Below, in pieces: positions 59,777-64,000 of a DNA stretch of 64,000 nucleotides. Location: contig CAZFHY010000017.1 in the NCBI GenBank assembly GCA_964519305.1, forward strand, positions 1 to 64,000. Reading direction: 5' to 3'. Below the pieces are notes generated by a model, which searched no databases, had not been told where the DNA came from, and saw only the letters and a program-made list of their open reading frames with translations. The stretch comes from Candidatus Undinarchaeota archaeon (GTDB lineage Archaea > SpSt-1190 > JASMDC01). A program made the translations under genes and the position numbers. Position 1 is the stretch's first letter. Each line of letters opens with the position of its first letter.

Positions 59777-62700
59777 ATGGACGGTGCTCGCTGGACCTTC
59801 GGTATCGACCGCGGAGGCACCTTCACCGACGTTGTGGCGGTGGCGCCCGACGGTACGCTCGTGACCGAGAAGCTCCTGTCAGAGGACCCGGGACGGTACG
59901 ACGACGCCGCGGTGTTCGCCGTCCGCTCCATCCTTGGACTGGGGCCGGACGAGCCCGTTCCCACCGACAGGGTCGCATCCATCTCCATGGGCACCACCGT
60001 GGGCACCAACGCTCTCCTCGAGAGGACAGGGGCCCGTGTGTGTCTGGTCGCGTCACGCGGGTTCGGCGATGCGCTGGTCATCGGACATCAGGCACGGCCG
60101 GACATCTTCGCCCTGGAAATCCACAAGCCACGGTCCCTCTACGAGGACGTGGTCGAACTGGACGGGCGTATGGCCGCCGATGGTACGGAGCTCGCCCCCC
60201 TGGACACTGAGCAGATCGAGCGGGAACTGAGGAGCGTCCTTGAGCGGGGGGTCCGGTGCCTAGCGGTGGTCCTGCTCAACAGCTATCGCGACGACGCGCA
60301 CGAACGGATGGTCGGCCAGGTGGCCCGCAGGCTCGGGTTCGAACAGGTGTCCTTGTCATCGGCCACCATGCGGGTCCAGAAGATGGTGGGTCGTGGTGAC
60401 ACCACCGTCGTCGACGCATATCTCAATCCCGTGCTCCACCGGTACGTGGAGCGGGTGCGCCACGACACCGGCGACGTCCCGCTCCGGTTCATGCGCTCCA
60501 GCGGGGGCCTGGTGGACGCCGAGAGCTTCACAGGCAAGGACGCTATCATCTCGGGACCTGCTGGCGGTGTGATCGCAGCATCCCAGGTCGCCGCGTCCCT
60601 GGGCATCGAACGTGTCATCGGTTTCGATATGGGCGGGACATCGACCGACGTATCCCGGTACGAGGGTGGTCGGTGCGAGAAGGTGTACGAGACCGAGACC
60701 GCCGGGGTCCGCATCCACGCGCCCATGGTGAACGTCGTGACGGTGGCGGCGGGCGGAGGATCCGTCCTGCACTTTGATGGCACTCGCCTGACGGTGGGTC
60801 CTGACAGCGCCGGGGCCGACCCGGGACCTGCCTGCTACCGTAACGGTGGGCCGCTCACCGTGACCGATGCCAACCTCATGCTCGGTCGCATCCTTCCCCA
60901 CCACTTCCCACGGGTGTTCGGTCCGGGTCACGACCTGCCCCTCGATCCGGACATTGTCCGCAAGCAGTTCACCGGGCTGGCCGAGGAGGTACACCGGTCC
61001 ACGGGGCGACGGATGACGCCCGAGGAGGTGGCCGAGGGCTACCTGCGCATCGCGAACGAGAACATGGTGCGCCCAATCAGGTCCATCTCGGTGGCCAAGG
61101 GGTTCGATCCGCGGGACCACGCGCTAATGTGCTTCGGCGGTGCCGGGGCGCAGCACGCCTGCGCTATCGCTCGCGAGCTGGGCATGGACCGCATCGTGCT
61201 CCACCCGCTGGCAGGGGTACTCTCGGCCTACGGGATGCTCCTGGCAGATGTGCTCCACGAGGACGCACGAGCCGTGCTCCTGCCCCTGGAGGACGCGTCC
61301 GCACAAACCATGGAGGACGTCTTTGCCGACATGGAGCGGGCGCTCGCCGGGTGTGTGGCGGCCGACGGCATCGGACCGGAACGGACCACCTGCCGGCGGT
61401 TCGCTGACGTACGGCCCCGGGGCGCCGATACCAGCGAGACCGTACCATATGACGGGATCGGTGCGTGCCGGGACACTTACTGCACCGTCTACCGGCGTCA
61501 TTATGGTTTCGAGCCACCGGTCGACCAGCTAGAGGTGGTCACGCTCCGTGTGGAGGCTGTGGGCGAGCGGCCCAAACCCCCCGAGACCGAGAGCGAAGTG
61601 GTCCACCGTGAGCTGGGACCTGGCGACGCGTTGGAGGTCGCCCGCTCCTGCTTCCGTGGTGCATGGCACGACTCGCCCGTGTACCGGCGGAACGACCTGC
61701 ATCCCGGCGACACGCTGCTCGGTCCTGCCATCGTGGTCGAGGATACGTCGACCATCGTTGTGGAGCCGGACTTCGCGGCCGTTGTGAACTCTCGGGGGCA
61801 TGTGGAACTGCACCAGGTGGCACGGCCGCCCCGCGAGAAAGAAGGGACTGCGTGCGATCCGGTGCTATTGGAGGTGTTCTCCAATCTGTTCGCTTCGGCG
61901 GCGGAGCAGATGGGGAGCGCGCTCCAGCGAACGGCCCACTCGGTGAACATCAAAGAACGGCTCGACTTCTCCTGCGCGGTGTTCGACGCCAAGGGAGGGA
62001 TGGTCGCCAGCGCCCATCACATCCCGGTCCACCTTGGCGCTATGGGCGCGTCGGTGCGCAACGTGCTGGCGGCCGTCGGAACCACCATGCGACAAGGCGA
62101 TGTGTACGTCACGAACGATCCTTTCCATGGTGGATCGCACCTTCCGGACGTCACGGTGGTCACCCCAGTGTTCGCCGGTGACGGGCAGCTGCTCTTCCTC
62201 GTGGCCAGCAGGGGACATCATGCTGATATCGGCGGTACCACTCCCGGATCCATGCCACCGGACGCGACGTCACTGGAGCAGGAGGGTGTGGTGATCGAAT
62301 GCTACCGGCTTGTTGCCGAGGGAAGGTTCGACGAACCAGGAATCACGCAGCTACTGTCGTCAGGGGCCTACCCCGCTCGTAACCTCCGCGAGCGGATGTC
62401 GGACCTAAAAGCACAGGTGGCAGCGAACGCCACGGGCGTGCGCGAACTACAGCGCCTGGTGACCGACCACGGGCTAGGGACGGTCCAGGCCTACATGGGC
62501 CATGTGCTGGCCCATGCCGAGACCGTGATGCGTCGCGCGATCGCCCGGCTCCCCGACGGCGCGCATACCGCTACTGACCGGCTCGACGATGGTACGGTGC
62601 TGCACGTGACAGTCACCGTCGACGGCGATGAGGCTGTTGTGGACTTCGACGGGACCGGGCCGCAGCATCCGGGGAACCTCAACGCCCCGTCGGCCGTGGC

Positions 62701-63391
62701 GATGGCCGCGGTGCTCTACGTGTTCCGTACCCTTGTGGACGAGGACGTACCGCTCAACGAGGGATGCCTGCGCCCACTGTCGGTCCGCATCCCTGAGGGC
62801 TGTGTGCTCAATCCCCGGCCGGGAGCGGCGGTGGCCGGTGGGAACGTCGAGACGTCCCAGCGGGTGGTGGACGTGCTCTACCGGGCGCTGGGGACCGTAG
62901 CGGCCAGCCAGGGCACCATGAACAACCTCACCTTCGGTCCCGAGGACGGCGGGTACGGCTATTACGAGACCATCGCCGGCGGGGCGGGTGCGGGGCCCGG
63001 GTTCAACGGGGCCAGCGCGGTCCATACCCACATGACCAACACCCGCATCACTGATCCCGAGGTGCTGGAGCAGCGGTATCCCGAGGTGCGCGTGGAGGCG
63101 TTCGCGGTCCGCAGGGGATCGGGAGGGGACGGTCGGTACCATGGCGGGGACGGCGTTGAGCGTCGGTTGCGGTTCCTGGCGCCGTGCCGGGTGTCCATCC
63201 TCTCCGAGCGACGGCAGTTCGCGCCCTATGGGCTCGCGGGGGGCGGGGACGGCGCTACCGGCGAGAACGTCCTTGTCCGCGCGGACGGCACCGAGGAACA
63301 GCTCGGCGGGCGGGCAAGCGTATCGGTCCTACCGGGCGACCAGCTGGTCGTCAGGACGCCGGGTGGCGGCGGCTGGGGCGAAACCATTTAA
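59777..63391 (+). CDS. Fused hydantoinase A/B 5-oxoprolinase
   Basis: [53 protein letters not shown]. Confidence 0.95.
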   Translation: MDGARWTFGIDRGGTFTDVVAVAPDGTLVTEKLLSEDPGRYDDAAVFAVRSILGLGPDEPVPTDRVASISMGTTVGTNALLERTGARVCLVASRGFGDALVIGHQARPDIFALEIHKPRSLYEDVVELDGRMAADGTELAPLDTEQIERELRSVLERGVRCLAVVLLNSYRDDAHERMVGQVARRLGFEQVSLSSATMRVQKMVGRGDTTVVDAYLNPVLHRYVERVRHDTGDVPLRFMRSSGGLVDAESFTGKDAIISGPAGGVIAASQVAASLGIERVIGFDMGGTSTDVSRYEGGRCEKVYETETAGVRIHAPMVNVVTVAAGGGSVLHFDGTRLTVGPDSAGADPGPACYRNGGPLTVTDANLMLGRILPHHFPRVFGPGHDLPLDPDIVRKQFTGLAEEVHRSTGRRMTPEEVAEGYLRIANENMVRPIRSISVAKGFDPRDHALMCFGGAGAQHACAIARELGMDRIVLHPLAGVLSAYGMLLADVLHEDARAVLLPLEDASAQTMEDVFADMERALAGCVAADGIGPERTTCRRFADVRPRGADTSETVPYDGIGACRDTYCTVYRRHYGFEPPVDQLEVVTLRVEAVGERPKPPETESEVVHRELGPGDALEVARSCFRGAWHDSPVYRRNDLHPGDTLLGPAIVVEDTSTIVVEPDFAAVVNSRGHVELHQVARPPREKEGTACDPVLLEVFSNLFASAAEQMGSALQRTAHSVNIKERLDFSCAVFDAKGGMVASAHHIPVHLGAMGASVRNVLAAVGTTMRQGDVYVTNDPFHGGSHLPDVTVVTPVFAGDGQLLFLVASRGHHADIGGTTPGSMPPDATSLEQEGVVIECYRLVAEGRFDEPGITQLLSSGAYPARNLRERMSDLKAQVAANATGVRELQRLVTDHGLGTVQAYMGHVLAHAETVMRRAIARLPDGAHTATDRLDDGTVLHVTVTVDGDEAVVDFDGTGPQHPGNLNAPSAVAMAAVLYVFRTLVDEDVPLNEGCLRPLSVRIPEGCVLNPRPGAAVAGGNVETSQRVVDVLYRALGTVAASQGTMNNLTFGPEDGGYGYYETIAGGAGAGPGFNGASAVHTHMTNTRITDPEVLEQRYPEVRVEAFAVRRGSGGDGRYHGGDGVERRLRFLAPCRVSILSERRQFAPYGLAGGGDGATGENVLVRADGTEEQLGGRASVSVLPGDQLVVRTPGGGGWGETI

Positions 63392-63414
63392 TCCTCATCC
63401 TTCTCCTTACCGAC

Positions 63415-63681
63415 ATGGCCATCGAGATCCGCAAGCCGGGCGAGGGCGAGCTCGAAGAGCTCGGTATCGACGACTGGGGCACCTGGGAGTGCGCCGTGTC
63501 CGAGTTCCCTTGGGAGTACACCGACCGCGAGACCTGCTATCTTTTCGAAGGCGAGGTCACCGTCACAACCGACGATGGCGCGGTCACCTTCGGTGCCGGC
63601 GACCTTGTAGTGTTCCCCAAAGGACTTGTGTGCACCTGGAAGATCACCAAACCGGTCCGTAAGAAGTTCCGGTTCGGCTAA
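63415..63681 (+). CDS. Cupin (DUF861) protein
   Basis: WGTWEC, FPWEY..RETCY..EG.V, GDLVVFPKG. Confidence 0.9.
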   Translation: MAIEIRKPGEGELEELGIDDWGTWECAVSEFPWEYTDRETCYLFEGEVTVTTDDGAVTFGAGDLVVFPKGLVCTWKITKPVRKKFRFG

Positions 63682-63741
63682 CGCCGCCGCGCACGCGGTC
63701 CGCGAGCACATATAAAGCTTGGGCGAGCCCTGCGATACCCC

Positions 63742-64000
63742 ATGCTCTCGCTGGTAGCGCTCGTCTCGCAGTTCCGAGGCAGCCAGCTCGAGACGCTACT
63801 GGCCACGACATGCCTGTTCCTCCTGCCAGCGCTGCTCGTCGCCGCCAGGCGCGAGTTCGCGACACTTATCCGGTATAGGACAAAGCGTGAGCTAGGAGCG
63901 CTCCTGCTGGTGCTCGCCCTTGCGCTGGGGCTGCGTGTGCACCCTCTGGCAGATCCCTTTCACCAACGTGTCTTTTTCGACGAGTGGGAGTACATGGTCA
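63742..64000 (+). CDS. Partial membrane glycosyltransferase (GT-C/ArnT-like), truncated by the window edge
   Basis: TATAAA upstream; TMs, then LALGLR...FFDEWEY. Confidence 0.6.
   Translation, partial: MLSLVALVSQFRGSQLETLLATTCLFLLPALLVAARREFATLIRYRTKRELGALLLVLALALGLRVHPLADPFHQRVFFDEWEYMV

Noticed and set aside
63415-63681. EutQ-like cupin as a BMC accessory
   Set aside because: About 28 kb from the cluster and a ubiquitous family
1-64000. CRISPR array, rRNA, IS transposase, known defence systems
   Set aside because: No regularly spaced repeats or recognisable motifs found by eye

Overview
GC-rich archaeal chromosome segment. The archaeal assignment rests on an archaeal-type tRNA-Cys, TATA boxes about 25-30 bp upstream of start codons, and COG1361, DUF371 and HgcC-like genes; a finer lineage cannot be fixed from sequence alone. 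Bases ~1-11,690 form an island anchored at tRNA-Cys. It carries a tyrosine integrase, two methyltransferases and a four-gene secreted/surface operon, and its cargo lies between the integrase 3' end and a ~165-bp degenerate copy of it. The rest is mostly housekeeping and accessory metabolism: B12 radical SAM + GT2, TrmJ, NDP-sugar enzymes, arsM, RND/COG1361, a xanthine-dehydrogenase-type Mo enzyme, purB, ITPase, TldD/PmbA and 5-oxoprolinase. Two things stand out. (1) At 32.8-35.7 kb, three tandem, internally duplicated paralogs show motif patterns resembling tandem bacterial-microcompartment (BMC-T) shell domains, or alternatively a double ACT fold. (2) At 4.2-8.3 kb, a ~1350-aa surface protein has seven repeat domains that appear nested inside one another and inside a split Ig-like domain. 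All family assignments are by-eye motif recognition, not database searches.
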